DNA of 59,280 bases from the NCBI RefSeq assembly GCF_001194135.2, contig NC_068983.1, positions 121,023,220 to 121,082,499 of the forward strand, written 5' to 3'. The position numbers and the translations under genes were made by a program. Numbering within the stretch: position 1 is the stretch's first letter; every line of letters starts with the position of its first letter. The DNA comes from Octopus bimaculoides. Taxonomy: Eukaryota. Shown in pieces: positions 12,817 to 24,450 of this stretch. Below the pieces are notes generated by a model. It was not told where the DNA came from. It searched no databases and saw only the letters and a program-made list of their open reading frames with translations.

Positions 12817-13326
12817 NNNNNNNNNNNNNNNNNNNNNNNNNNNNNNNNNNNNNNNNNNNNNNNNNNNNNNNNNNNNNNNNNNNNNNNNNNNNNNNNNNNN
12901 NNNNNNNNNNNNNNNNNNNNNNNNNNNNNNNNNNNNNNNNNNNNNNNNNNNNNNNNNNNNNNNNNNNNNNNNNNCCTCATTTTTTTTTTTATAGTGGAGA
13001 CAGTAAACAGAAATGAGAAAACTCTGAGTAGTAAGAGAAGAAAGTTTCACCTTTAAATACAAGAATAAACTTTATTGCATGCAATGAAAGCTGTTTTGTT
13101 TTTACCTGTTTACAAATTCAAATATACCTCATTAATTTGGGCCCTACTCAAGATCTCTCTGTCTCATATGCCTTCATTTCTTTATTGTATTTGTGTGTTT
13201 GTCTGCACACTCATAAAAATCTTTGCTTCTTAATCATATTATTTCTCCCTGAATAATTTTCAAGAAATTTCACTGTAAAATTAATTTTTCGTGTTCTAAA
13301 TATCTGCATTACTTCCTTCATTTCAG

Positions 13327-13409
13327 TTTGCTGTTTTGTTGTACATAAACGGTGTCATGAATTTGTTACATTTACTTGTCCGGGCGCTGACCAGGGTCCA
13401 GACTCTGAT
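13327..13409 (+). CDS. PRKCA: Internal coding exon of a conventional (Ca2+/DAG-dependent) protein kinase C, C-terminal half of the C1A zinc finger
   Basis: Pyrimidine tract ttacttccttcatttcag, then TT TGC TGT TTT GTT GTA CAT AAA CGG TGT CAT GAA TTT GTT ACA TTT ACT TGT CCG GGC GCT GAC CAG GGT CCA GAC TCT GAT, then gtaagt. Translation (V)[27 protein letters not shown] nearly matches PKC alpha/beta [27 protein letters not shown], and the C-X4-H-X2-C-X7-C ligands are intact. The 83-bp length and 1/0 phases match the vertebrate PRKCA exon as I recall it. The symbol denotes the cPKC family, not strict 1:1 orthology. Confidence 0.95.
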
Positions 13410-13798
13410 GTAAGTAGCTTTTTTTTTTTACCTCATTGTTTGTTTGTTAGAAAAAATTTTCTTCTGCTTCTTGACATTGTTATTTTTCTTGAAGACGTGA
13501 GAGAATTATATGAATGAGTGATTCTGTCTTTGACATCTAAATAAAGGAGAAGAGAATAGAAAATACTGAGAATTTGCTTGAAAGTCAGAGAGTTCAGTTA
13601 GTAGAACATAAAGCATGTGTGATTAATGAGAATATGTGTATTTTGGACTGATTTTACTAATTCTAATCTACCACCTCAACCTCCAGACTGCTCTTAGTAC
13701 CATATTACTGGCTTATTCAAAGTTCTCCATATTTTGAAATATGCATCATCTACTCATCCATATTACTAAAACACCCTATATATATATATATATATATA

Positions 13799-14420
13799 TT
13801 GGGTCATCCCATAAATAATGTGGTTTTTTATACTTCTTTTATTTTTCAAAATTAAGATAAACAAAGTTCTTTTTTAATCTAAAATATATTCTCCTTCATT
13901 TTCTACAATACTCTAAAGAATTCATATTTTTTCCATCCAAATGATCTTGAAGACTGCAGAATAAATGATAATCAGATGGGGCAATGTCCAGTGAATATGG
14001 TGGGTGGGGCATAGTTTCTCATTCAAACTGCTCCAGCCTTTGGAGTGTCATCCTCGCTGTATATGACCGAGCATTACCCTGATGGAAGAATACCTTTTGT
14101 CTTGAAACCAAAGATGGTCATTTTTCTTCTACTGCTAACTTAAGCTGCTCACAGTAGATCTCCTTTGTTATCGTTTGGTTTGGTTTTAAAAGTTCAAAGT
14201 GGACTAAACCTTTCATATCCCACCAAACAGATAACAACACCTTACATGGGTGAAGACCTCCTTTAGCTTCAGGTGCCAATGTTTCTCCTTTCTCTACCTA
14301 CTGTCTTTTGGCATTTTTATAGAGAACTCATTTCTTGTCACCAGTCACTATTCAGTCCAAAAACAGTTCATTCGTGAGACGTGACAGCAAAGAAGAGCAC
14401 ACATTCACTCTCTGCATGCA
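13799..14420 (-). mobile_element. Mariner (DD34D) transposon 3' fragment with one TIR
   Basis: TIR-like ta-ttgggtcatcccataaataatg at 13799. Minus frame gives IVTGDKK, LHPCKVLLSVWWDMKGLVHFELL, FFHQ(G)NAR and HPPYSLDIAPSDYHLF. There are 34 residues between the second catalytic position (D mutated to G) and the third D. Confidence 0.92.
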
Positions 14421-15226
14421 ATTAGACACAGAAAGTTACAGTTACAGAAGTCTGGTGCAGGCTTCTGCTTGGCTGGCTATTGTGAAACCATCCCACCCAT
14501 ACCAGCATAGAATGTGGGTGTTAGACGATGATGATGATGATGATGATTATATATNNNNNNNNNNATCTATATATATGTGTGTGTGTGTGTGTGTATGTAT
14601 ATATAAAAGATAGATAGATAGATTGGTAGATATTTTAATTGAAATCGTATTACTTGGATGATAAAATGAGATTTCAGAAGATAAATGGTTGTCTTTTGTT
14701 ATGTTTTAAAAACCAGCCAATAAATAAATAGCCTAATAAGGTAATATGAAGCTCTAAGTCATTACTTAATCTGTTAGAAATCAATAGCCAAACCTCCCTT
14801 AAATCCTGCTCCCACTTTCATAAGAAGTAAAGACAACATTGAAAAATGGAGACTGAATTCATAAACATACGGGACAGCCATAACTGGAATGCCTTTAATT
14901 ACTACTCTGCTTAATCATGGATGATAAACAACAACAACAATTACCAATAATTAAAAATGCTGAGTTAATGCACCTGTAGCGTTTTTAATATCCAAAATCT
15001 TGATTTTGTTGAAACTTAATTAAAATGCCTAGAGTGTCTATTGTTAGAAATAGAGCTATGAAAGGTTTAAATTTCTTCAAAGCAATTGCTTCTTCTCTGA
15101 TTACAATCAATATAATGCATCAATCCACCCACTACAGATCCTGTACAAATCCTTTACCTTCACTAGTACTTCATCTTTCCTCCAGAATTTCTTTTTTACT
15201 CAGATACATCTGAGTTGTAACAATTT

Positions 15227-15616
15227 GTTGTTGTTGTTGGCACTCCATCGCTTACGATGTCGAGGGTTCCAGTTGATCCGATCAACGGAACAGCCTGCTT
15301 GTGAAATTAACGTGCAAGTGGCTGAGCACTCCACAGACACGTGTACCCTTAAAGTAGTTCTCGGGGATATTCAGCGTGACACAGTGTAACAAGGCTGGCT
15401 CTTTGAATTACAGGCACAACAGAAACAGGAAGTAAGAGTGAGAGAAAGTTGTGGTGAAAGAGTACAGCAGGGTTCGCCACCATCCCCTGCCGGAGCCTCG
15501 TGGAGCTTTTGGTGTTTTCGCTCAATAAACACTCACAACGCCTGGTCTAGGAATCGAAACCGCGATCCTATGACCGCGAGTCCGCTACCCTAACCACTGG
15601 GCCATTGCACCGCCAC
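15227..15616 (-). mobile_element. SINE family A, copy 3
   Basis: Full length. TSD tgtaacaattt (15216-15226 / 15617-15627). Confidence 0.92.
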
Positions 15617-16178
15617 TGTAACAATTTAAACCAGACATAATCAGCATTAATCTCAGCTAGTCATTCTAATCTATCTATCCAGGAATATTTCAGAATTCAG
15701 GAAGGTTTTACCCTCTTCTTATTTCTCTTTCCTGCTCTCTATCTCACCCAGTTCCTCTCTCCTGTCAGTGCATGATCTCTGACATCATTATGCATTTCCT
15801 ATCATTTGCTGCCAGTAGCTCAAACACAGAGGATGTAAAAGTCTTCTGTCTTTCTTTTCCCCAGTCAGCTCAACCCTGAAGAAAAGCTCTGTCCAAAACA
15901 TTGGAAACTCCACTTCCCATAGCAATATTACTTTACTCATCAAGGCAGCAAACAGACACAATCATTAGTATAATCTAAACAACAAATAAAAAAAAAACCC
16001 AAAAAACATTAAAATAACACTCAGAGTATCAAAACAAACCCCACAACAAACTCCATATAAAATGTTGCATAATACGATTCCATACCAAAAACCAATGCTG
16101 CATTTGTCACAGGAACACAGAGATGTACTTGGTGATGCAGCAAAAACTCACACAAAACTGTTTAAAAAAAAAAAAAAA

Positions 16179-16209
<31 letters not shown>

Positions 16210-16598
16210 TTGTTGTTGTTGGCATTCCGTCACTTACGACGTCGTGGGTTCCAGTTGATCCGATCAACGGAACAGCCTGCTCGTGAAATTAACGTGCAAG
16301 TGGTTGAGCACTCCACAGACACGTGTACCCTTAACGTAGTTCTCGGAGATATTCAGCGTGACACAGTGTGACAAGGCTGACCCTTTGAAATACAGGTACA
16401 ACAGAAACAGGAAGTAAGAGTGAGAGAAAGTTGTGGTGGAAGAGTACAGCAGGGTTCGCCACCATCCCCTGCCAGAGCCTCGTGGAGCTTTAGGTGTTTT
16501 CGCTCAATAAACACTCACAACACCCCGTCTGGGAATCAAAACCGCGATCCAATGACTGCCAGTCCGCTGCCCTAACCACTGGGCTGTTGCGCCTCCAC
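16210..16598 (-). mobile_element. SINE family A, copy 4
   Basis: Full length, inserted in an (AAT)n tract. Confidence 0.92.
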
Positions 16599-16630
16599 TA
16601 ATTATAATAATGGTAATAGTAGTAGTAGTA

Positions 16631-16681
<51 letters not shown>

Positions 16682-16689
16682 GTTATAAT

Positions 16690-17220
16690 TTAGGCATAAG
16701 TTTAGCAGTTTTGAGTAAAGGGAGTTAGTCAGTACCATCGATCCCGTTACTTGATTTACACCTTATTTTATTGACTGTAGAAGAATGAAAGACAAAGTTG
16801 ACCTTAGCAGGATTTGCTGTCAGATAATGATAGTAATAATAATAATTTCAAATTTTGCCACAAGGCCAGCAATTTCAGAGAAGGGGCTAAGTCAAATACA
16901 TCATTCCCCCAGTGCTCAACTGGTACTTATTTCATCAACCCCAGAAGAATGAAAGGCAAAGTCTACCTCAGCGGAATTTGAACTCAGAATGTAGCAATGG
17001 GCAAAATATCACTAAGGATTTCATCTAGCGTGCTAGCAATTCTGCCAACTTGCTGCCTTCATATTAATAATAGTAATAATAATAATAATCCTTTCTACTA
17101 TAGGCTCATGGCTTGGAATTTGTGGGGAGGGGACTAGTCAATTACATCAACCCCAGTGTTTCACTGGTACTTAATTTATCAATCCTGAAAAGATGAAAGG
17201 CAAAGTCGACCTTGGCAGAA
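16690..17220 (-). mobile_element. Cluster of three family C SINE copies separated by (AAT)n
   Basis: Repeated gaatgaaaggcaaagtcgacc...gcagaattt motif at about 16785, 16950 and 17195. Confidence 0.78.
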
Positions 17221-18579
17221 TAATAATAATAGTAATAATAATAATGATGATGATGATGATAATGATGATGTCCAATGATAAGAAATTCAAGATGTGACAT
17301 CCACATAAATCAGAAGATTGGTGTAAGTCACCTGGAACAATTTAGGAAGACTTTGAAGAGATGTGACAATATTTGTCACAAGCAGAGTATCAGAAACAGT
17401 TGAGGAACACCACATTGAATGCCTTACAGGGTTTTCTTTATGTGCTCCAAGTTCACTTCTAATTACGGTTAACCTACTGAAGTTTAGGGTTAGCGTTTAG
17501 CCTCTGGGTTTCATGAAATAAGTGTTATACTTAAGTGTGGTGTTGTGTTCAAGTGACTGTATTTATGCACACACATCTGTTGCCTTGTTACTGGAAACAT
17601 ATTGATGATAGACTATAATGACTGCAATCCATGGTGTGGCATTATGTATCTATGAATGCATACTCACTATAGATGCGCTCTGAGTAATGATTATCACTTC
17701 AGCAGCAATTCACTTATCAAGTAGCTTCTTTAGCAGTTTGATTCTGCCATAAACAGTGGGTAAATTTTCAGATTAAACTGCAAAGGGGATTAATTGTTTT
17801 TATAAGTTCAGAAAAAAAAAAATGTCAAGGAAACAGAGAGAGGGGGGGGACTCTTTCATTACCATCAGTGCCTGCCACACAGATTAGCAGTGCAAATTAC
17901 TTTACTATTAGGAAATAGCTCAGACTAAGTGGTGTGTGGTGGATGATGTGGTGCAGAATGGGGAAGAACAGTGGTGAAATATTAGATACAAATAAGTGGA
18001 ACGCTCTGTGTGTGCATGTGTATGATGCACAGGCCAGTCCGCTTTCTTCTTTGGCTCAACAGAGAAGCTGCAGCACTCAGCATCAATAAAGACATGCTGT
18101 GTATGTGTGGAAGTACAGTGATTAAGTAAAAGGAGATGAAGCAAAGAGTACTTAACAAGTAGTGTAGCATTGTGCTGCACAACAATAGCCTATAAATAAT
18201 ATAAGAATCATCATCATCGTCGTCATTGTCATCATCACCAGCAGCAGCAGCAGCAACAACAGTTCTATTTACAGCCTGCTATTGTTGTTTTAATTGTTGG
18301 ATGTAATGGTAGTGATGGCAGTAGTGGCATTACCATCATCATCATCATCATCATCATCATCATTGCAACCATACCAAGTGTGCATGCACATGATCGCCGA
18401 CACCACCACCACCACTGCCCACTATTCTCATCACAAAAACCACCGTTGCCACTATTAACAAACACTCTTGTCACCACCACCACCACCACCACCATCACCA
18501 CTGTCAATGTTTATTATTGCTAGTAGCTATTTTGTGTGGCATCATTCACCCACCCCATCTCAAACACCCACCCACCCAC

Positions 18580-18628
<49 letters not shown>

Positions 18629-19329
18629 NNNNNNNNNNNNNNNNNNNNNNNNNNNNNNNNNNNNNNNNNNNNNNNNNNNNNNNNNNNNNNNNNNNNNNNN
18701 NNNNNNNNNNNNNNNNNNNNNNNNNNNNNNNNNNNNNNNNNNNNNNNNNNNNNNNNNNNNNNNNNNNNNNNNNNNNNNNNNNNNNNNNNNNNNNNNNNNN
18801 NNNNNNNNNNNNNNNNNNNNNNNNNNNNNNNNNNNNNNNNNNNNNNNNNNNNNNNNNNNNNNNNNNNNNNNNNNNNNNNNNNNNNNNNNNNNNNNNNNNN
18901 NNNNNNNNNNNNNNNNNNNNNNNNNNNNNNNNNNNNNNNNNNNNNNNNNNNNNNNNNNNNNNNNNNNNNNNNNNNNNNNNNNNNNNNNNNNNNNNNNNNN
19001 NNNNNNNNNNNNNNNNNNNNNNNNNNNNNNNNNNNNNNNNNNNNNNNNNNNNNNNNNNNNNNNNNNNNNNNNNNNNNNNNNNNNNNNNNNNNNNNNNNNN
19101 NNNNNNNNNNNNNNNNNNNNNNNNNNNNNNNNNNNNNNNNNNNNNNNNNNNNNNNNNNNNNNNNNNNNNNNNNNNNNNNNNNNNNNNNNNNNNNNNNNNN
19201 NNNNNNNNNNNNNNNNNNNNNNNNNNNNNNNNNNNNNNNNNNNNNNNNNNNNNNNNNNNNNNNNNNNNNNNNNNNNNNNNNNNNNNNNNNNNNNNNNNNN
19301 NNNNNAGCAAAAAAAAACAAAAAAACAAT

Positions 19330-19623
19330 ATCAAACTAATTTCAATGGATGGCACCCATGCCAACTTCGTCTCCCTCATTGGACACAGAAACTCGGCTTG
19401 CGAAGACCTGTTGCCAGTGCTGCTGGACTGGCTCCTGTGAAGGTGGCACGTAAAAGCACCCACTACACTCTCCGAGTGGTTGGCGTTAGGAAGGGCATCC
19501 AGCTGTAGAAACTCTGCCAAATCAGATTGGAGCCTGGTGTAGCCACCTGGTTCACCAGTCCTCAGTCAAATCGTCCAACCCATGCTAGCATGGAAAGCGG
19601 ACGTTAAACGATGATGATGATGA
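19330..19623 (+). mobile_element. Young RTE LINE 3' UTR fragment
   Basis: Near-identical to the reverse complement of 23100-23290. Ends ggacgttaaacgatgatgatga. Confidence 0.85.
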
Positions 19624-19959
19624 ATATTCAGGCTAACATTATTTTTGTGCCTTAGTCTACTTTCAGTGCTTCTAAAAAAAGTAATTTTAAAAAAATAAAG
19701 AGGCACTAGAAAGAAACAAAAATCTATACCAGCCAACTTAAGTGAGAAGAGTTCAAGCAAAGTGACTGAATCTGTATGCAGTTCCATAACCTAGTAGCAA
19801 TAGTAGACAAACCTTCTTCAAATTACACCCTACTCTTAAAAAGGAAGGATACATTGAATATTATAGTCTTAGATAAACTACCCGAAGGAAAAAAAAAAAG
19901 GATTGTTGCAGATGGAACTTGTATTGTTTCAAGACTAACTCACTAGACAGAATGTCTTT

Positions 19960-20430
19960 ATGTTCTGTGTTCAAATTCTGCCAAGGTTGACTTTGACTTT
20001 CATCATTACAAGGTTAGTAAACTAAGTACCTATCAGGTACTGAGGTTAATGTAATCAACTGGCCCCTCCACCAAAATTTCAGACCTGGTGCCTTTGGAAG
20101 ACAGGACCATTACAAGACTAACTCATAGCCTTTATAACAGTACTACAACAACACTAACCTACACCACTGAAGCTACTAGACTGAGCTAACTCAATTGAGA
20201 CAATTAGATAATAATGGTCTTATGAATAAATTATGAAGAAAAAAAAATAAAGCAGAAAAAAATACTAGTTATTTTTGAAGGGAGCATGTCAGCCTAAATC
20301 ATTTACTCCAGTACTTGACTGGTACTTTATTTTATTGACCTAAAAGGATAAAAGATATAATTGACTATGGTGGGATTTGAACTCAGAATGTAAAGATCCA
20401 AAAGAAATGCCACAAAGTATTTTATCCAAC
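19960..20430. mobile_element. Two degenerate family C SINE fragments in opposite orientations (about 19960-20105 +, about 20285-20430 -)
   Basis: ttcaaattctgccaaggttgactttgactttcatc (+) and ggtgggatttgaactcagaatgtaaag (-). Confidence 0.65.
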
Positions 20431-20564
20431 ACTTTCATTCTGCTATAAAACAATTTCATTTTGAGAACCTAACAGTTTATATGTTGAAGCCTGCTGTGTG
20501 CAGATATCATTATTCTTTAGCCCCTTGTGAGTAGTCCTGATTAAGTAGGCTCAGTGTGGGTTAA

Positions 20565-20784
20565 CCATTTAGTATTTAAACCAGCCATTTTCAGCTCAAA
20601 TATTCTACCTGTTTTATGTTCAAACTGATCAGATCCAGCCTCTTGCACCTACCTTACAATGTCATTCTTAAAATAAACAATCATGTCACTGAAATTTAGA
20701 AGTTGTGAGATAATGCATAATTTATTCAAAACAATGTGAACAAATAAACATTATATTTGACAGACTAATCTGAACACTAAAGGG
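20565..20784. mobile_element. piggyBac-type MITE
   Basis: ttaa|ccatttagtattt ... gaacactaaaggg|ttag: imperfect 13-bp TIRs with CCC/GGG-type ends and a TTAA-like TSD. A truncated second copy lies at about 21075-21125. Confidence 0.55.
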
Positions 20785-21364
20785 TTAGATGTATCTAAGG
20801 CTACATTATTTAAAATACCCTCTCTTTTTAAAGACAGTAGGGTGTGATTTGAGGAGATTTAACTTCTATTTCTAGCAGGTTGAGCAACTAAACTGAGGCT
20901 CACTCTTTGATTTGTGATAGTTGTCATTGTCATTAAACCACAAGTCAAAACTGATCAAATCAGAAGTAAGGAAATGATAAAATGATAGGAAGTAGTGAGG
21001 TTCCTGTAATTTTAGGAATATATATGACTACATTATCTAGTGTGTCCTTATTTAAGATGGTAAGAAGTGATTTAATCCTTTAGCATTTAAACCAGCCATA
21101 TCCAGCCTAAATATTCCACTTGTCTGAGTGACTGTGTAGTGGTTCCTTCTTTGGTTCATGATATATATCATTATTTGTTTGTGTAACAAAACTATAGATA
21201 TAATTGTTTGACAACAATCACTATTCTGTTACCTTGTTGTAGCCCATATAATTAGCTGACAAAATCTATTGACTGTCACATAAAAAAAAAAAACAGAAAA
21301 ATGAATAAAGAGGCAATAATGAATTATATTTAGTAGGCTAACTCTTGCTTTTTAAAATTATATG

Positions 21365-21432
<68 letters not shown>

Positions 21433-22334
21433 AACATACCTGCATATGTGTGTGTCAGTGTGTGAAATATATGTGCACGTGGATGTGTGTCTATGTATAT
21501 CTGTATAAATTATGTTGTTTTTCTATAGCAGCATAGGTTGGAAGGATTGTCACAGCTTGAGTCTGTTTTCAGATCAGGAGTTGTTGTTTTCAGATCAGGA
21601 ATTGTTACCTTTCTAATTGAGTTAGGGAGCTATGTCTTGTTTGTATGTTTAATTTTGTCCTGGTTTTTTATGGCTGGATACTCTTCCTGTCATCTACAAC
21701 TTTATGGGGTATACTGGGTACAATTCTTTATAGCACCAGCACGAGAAAGATTGTCAAGTCCCCAACAAGACAAGACAAGGTTAAAGATTCCTTTCAGCCC
21801 TTCACTCTCTTTGTTCATAGAGATTGTACTGGGTGCATATTATCAGGATACCAGCACAAAGGGAGTTAGTTGTCTTGTATAGTGTGAGAATAAAGAGTCT
21901 TCATTGCTCTAAGGCATGCATGTCCACTCTAGGTAACTTTGTGAAGAAGAATAGGTGAGAGGGAAATGATAGATGTAACAAGTGTAATTGACAAGTATGA
22001 CAGTAGAACAAGAATGATCCGGTGTGGACAAGTATGATGGGAGAGACGGGGTATTTTAAGTGAGAGGTGAACAATAGTCAATGTGACAGATGACAATATC
22101 AAAGTGGCCTGAGGAGGAGGGAGTAATGACTAATGATTTGCAATAGACAAAGGGTGATGGTAGAGTGCATTGGACATGGATAGGTCTTATGAAAATCCTT
22201 AGGCATAGGTTGCATGATGGGTGGAAGACCTTGAGTGATAGGGAGATGAGTTTTAGGAGATACATGGCAGGGAGCTGAGGCATTTTATATATATATAGTA
22301 GAATGAGAAATAGAAAGCCCTTGGTACAGTATTT

Positions 22335-22719
22335 GTTGTTGGCACTCCATCGCTTACGATGTCGAGGGTTCCAGTTGATCTGATCAACGGAACAGCCTGC
22401 TCATGAAATTAATGTGCAAGTGGCTGAGCACTGCACAGACACGTGTACCCTTAATGTAGTTCTTGGGGATATTTAGCGTGACACAGTGTGACAAGGCTGA
22501 CCCTTTGAATTACAGGCACAACAGAAACAGGAAGTAAGAGTGAGAGAAAGTTGTGGTGAAAGAGTACAGCAGGGTTCGCCACCATCCCTTGCCGGAGCCT
22601 CGTGGAGCTTTTACGTGTTTTCGCTCAATAAACACTCACAACGCCCGGTCTGGGAATCAAAACCGCGATCCTATGACTGAGAGTCCGCTGCCCTAACCAC
22701 TGGGCCATTGCGCCTCCAC
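22335..22719 (-). mobile_element. SINE family A, copy 5
   Basis: Full length. TSD ggtacagtattt (22323-22334 / 22720-22731). Confidence 0.92.
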
Positions 22720-23094
22720 GGTACAGTATTTTATATTAGAAAAAAAAATGAATAGAAATGGCTTTTCTGATAATCTTTCCACTTTAATAAGTAGATATAA
22801 ATCATCATCATCATCATCATTATCATTTAACATTTGTCTTCCACACTGGCGTGGGTTGAACAGTTTGACAAGAGCTGGTTAGCCAGAGAACTACACCAAT
22901 CTCCACTATCTGCTTTGGCATGGTATTTACGGTTGCATGGATTGTCTTTACAGAATGGACTGGGTGCCTTTTATGTGACACCAGCTCTAGTGGGGTCTGT
23001 ATATATTATAATAATGAAATCAAACCAAAAAATGATAATTTGAAAGAGAATTTTGAAAATTCTGATAATGTGCATCTCTTCTAAGCATAACCCA

Positions 23095-24450
23095 TATCAT
23101 CATCATCATCATCATCATCATCGTTTAACGTCCGCTTTCCATGCTAGCATGGGTTGGACGATTTGTCTGAGGACTGGTGAAATCGGATGGCAACACCAGG
23201 CTCCAGTCTAATTTGGCAGAGTTTCTACAGCTGGATGCCCTTCCTAACACCAACCACTCAGAGAGTGTAGTGGGTGCTTTTACGTGTCACCCGCAGGAAA
23301 ACGGCCACGCTCGAAATGGTGTCTTTTATGTGCCACCCGCACAAGCCAGTCCNNNNNNNNNNNNNNNNNNNNNNNNNNNNNNNNNNNNNNNNNNNNNNNN
23401 NNNNNNNNNNNNNNNNNNNNNNNNNNNNNNNNNNNNNNNNNNNNNNNNNNNNNNNNNNNNNNNNNNNNNNNNNNNNNNNNNNNNNNNNNNNNNNNNNNNN
23501 NNNNNNNNNNNNNNNNNNNNNNNNNNNNNNNNNNNNNNNNNNNNNNNNNNNNNNNNNNNNNNNNNNNNNNNNNNNNNNNNNNNNNNNNNNNNNNNNNNNN
23601 NNNNNNNNNNNNNNNNNNNNNNNNNNNNNNNNNNNNNNNNNNNNNNNNNNNNNNNNNNNNNNNNNNNNNNNNNNNNNNNNNNNNNNNNNNNNNNNNNNNN
23701 NNNNNNNNNNNNNNNNNNNNNNNNNNNNNNNNNNNNNNNNNNNNNNNNNNNNNNNNNNNNNNNNNNNNNNNNNNNNNNNNNNNNNNNNNNNNNNNNNNNN
23801 NNNNNNNNNNNNNNNNNNNNNNNNNNNNNNNNNNNNNNNNNNNNNNNNNNNNNNNNNNNNNNNNNNNNNNNNNNNNNNNNNNNNNNNNNNNNNNNNNNNN
23901 NNNNNNNNNNNNNNNNNNNNNNNNNNNNNNNNNNNNNNNNNNNNNNNNNNNNNNNNNNNNNNNNNNNNNNNNNNNNNNNNNNNNNNNNNNNNNNNNNNNN
24001 NNNNNNNNNNNNNNNNNNNNNNNNNNNNNNNNNNNNNNNNNNNNNNNNNNNNNNNNNNNNNNNNNNNNNNNNNNNNNNNNNNNNNNNNNNNNNNNNNNNN
24101 NNNNNNNNNNNNNNNNNNNNNNNNNNNNNNNNNNNNNNNNNNNNNNNNNNNNNNNNNNNNNNCCTGTTTGTTTACAGTCTTTATTGCACCTGAACATCTG
24201 CCACAAACAAAAACTAACTTGCTAGTTAACCTGCCTTTGATGTTGCTGCACCTCTTATGTGTCCATAGCTTGCACCGGGTACATCTTATAGAGTTACTAC
24301 CTACTCCTTTTCTACATACTGAGCAGGGCCATCTACCTGAAGGGGTTTGTGTTTTATCTACCTTCCTACTTATTAGGATTTTGGTTTTAGCTTGGTTGAC
24401 TCTAAGGCCCTTCAATTCTAGACCTTGCTTCCACACCTGAAACTTCATGT
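23095..24450 (-). mobile_element. Young 5'-truncated RTE-clade LINE (end of RT, Cys/His finger, gap 23353-24162, 3' UTR, (GAT)n tail)
   Basis: Stop-free minus frame QVWKQGLELKGLRVNQAKTKILISRK...WPCSVCRKGVGSNSIRCTRCKLWTHKRCSNIKGRL...FVCGRCSG. GL.VN..KTK is the RT C-terminal motif. The 3' UTR ends cccatgctagcatggaaagcggacgttaaacgatgatg. Confidence 0.9.

Noticed and set aside
21561-21602. Short direct duplication gttttcagatcagga
   Set aside because: A two-copy slippage duplication in a decayed repeat region, with no further structure.
24250-24300. CKLWTHKRC motif resembling the PKC C1 HKRC
   Set aside because: It is on the opposite strand and embedded in an RTE ORF2 frame, so it is a LINE finger and not a PKC exon.
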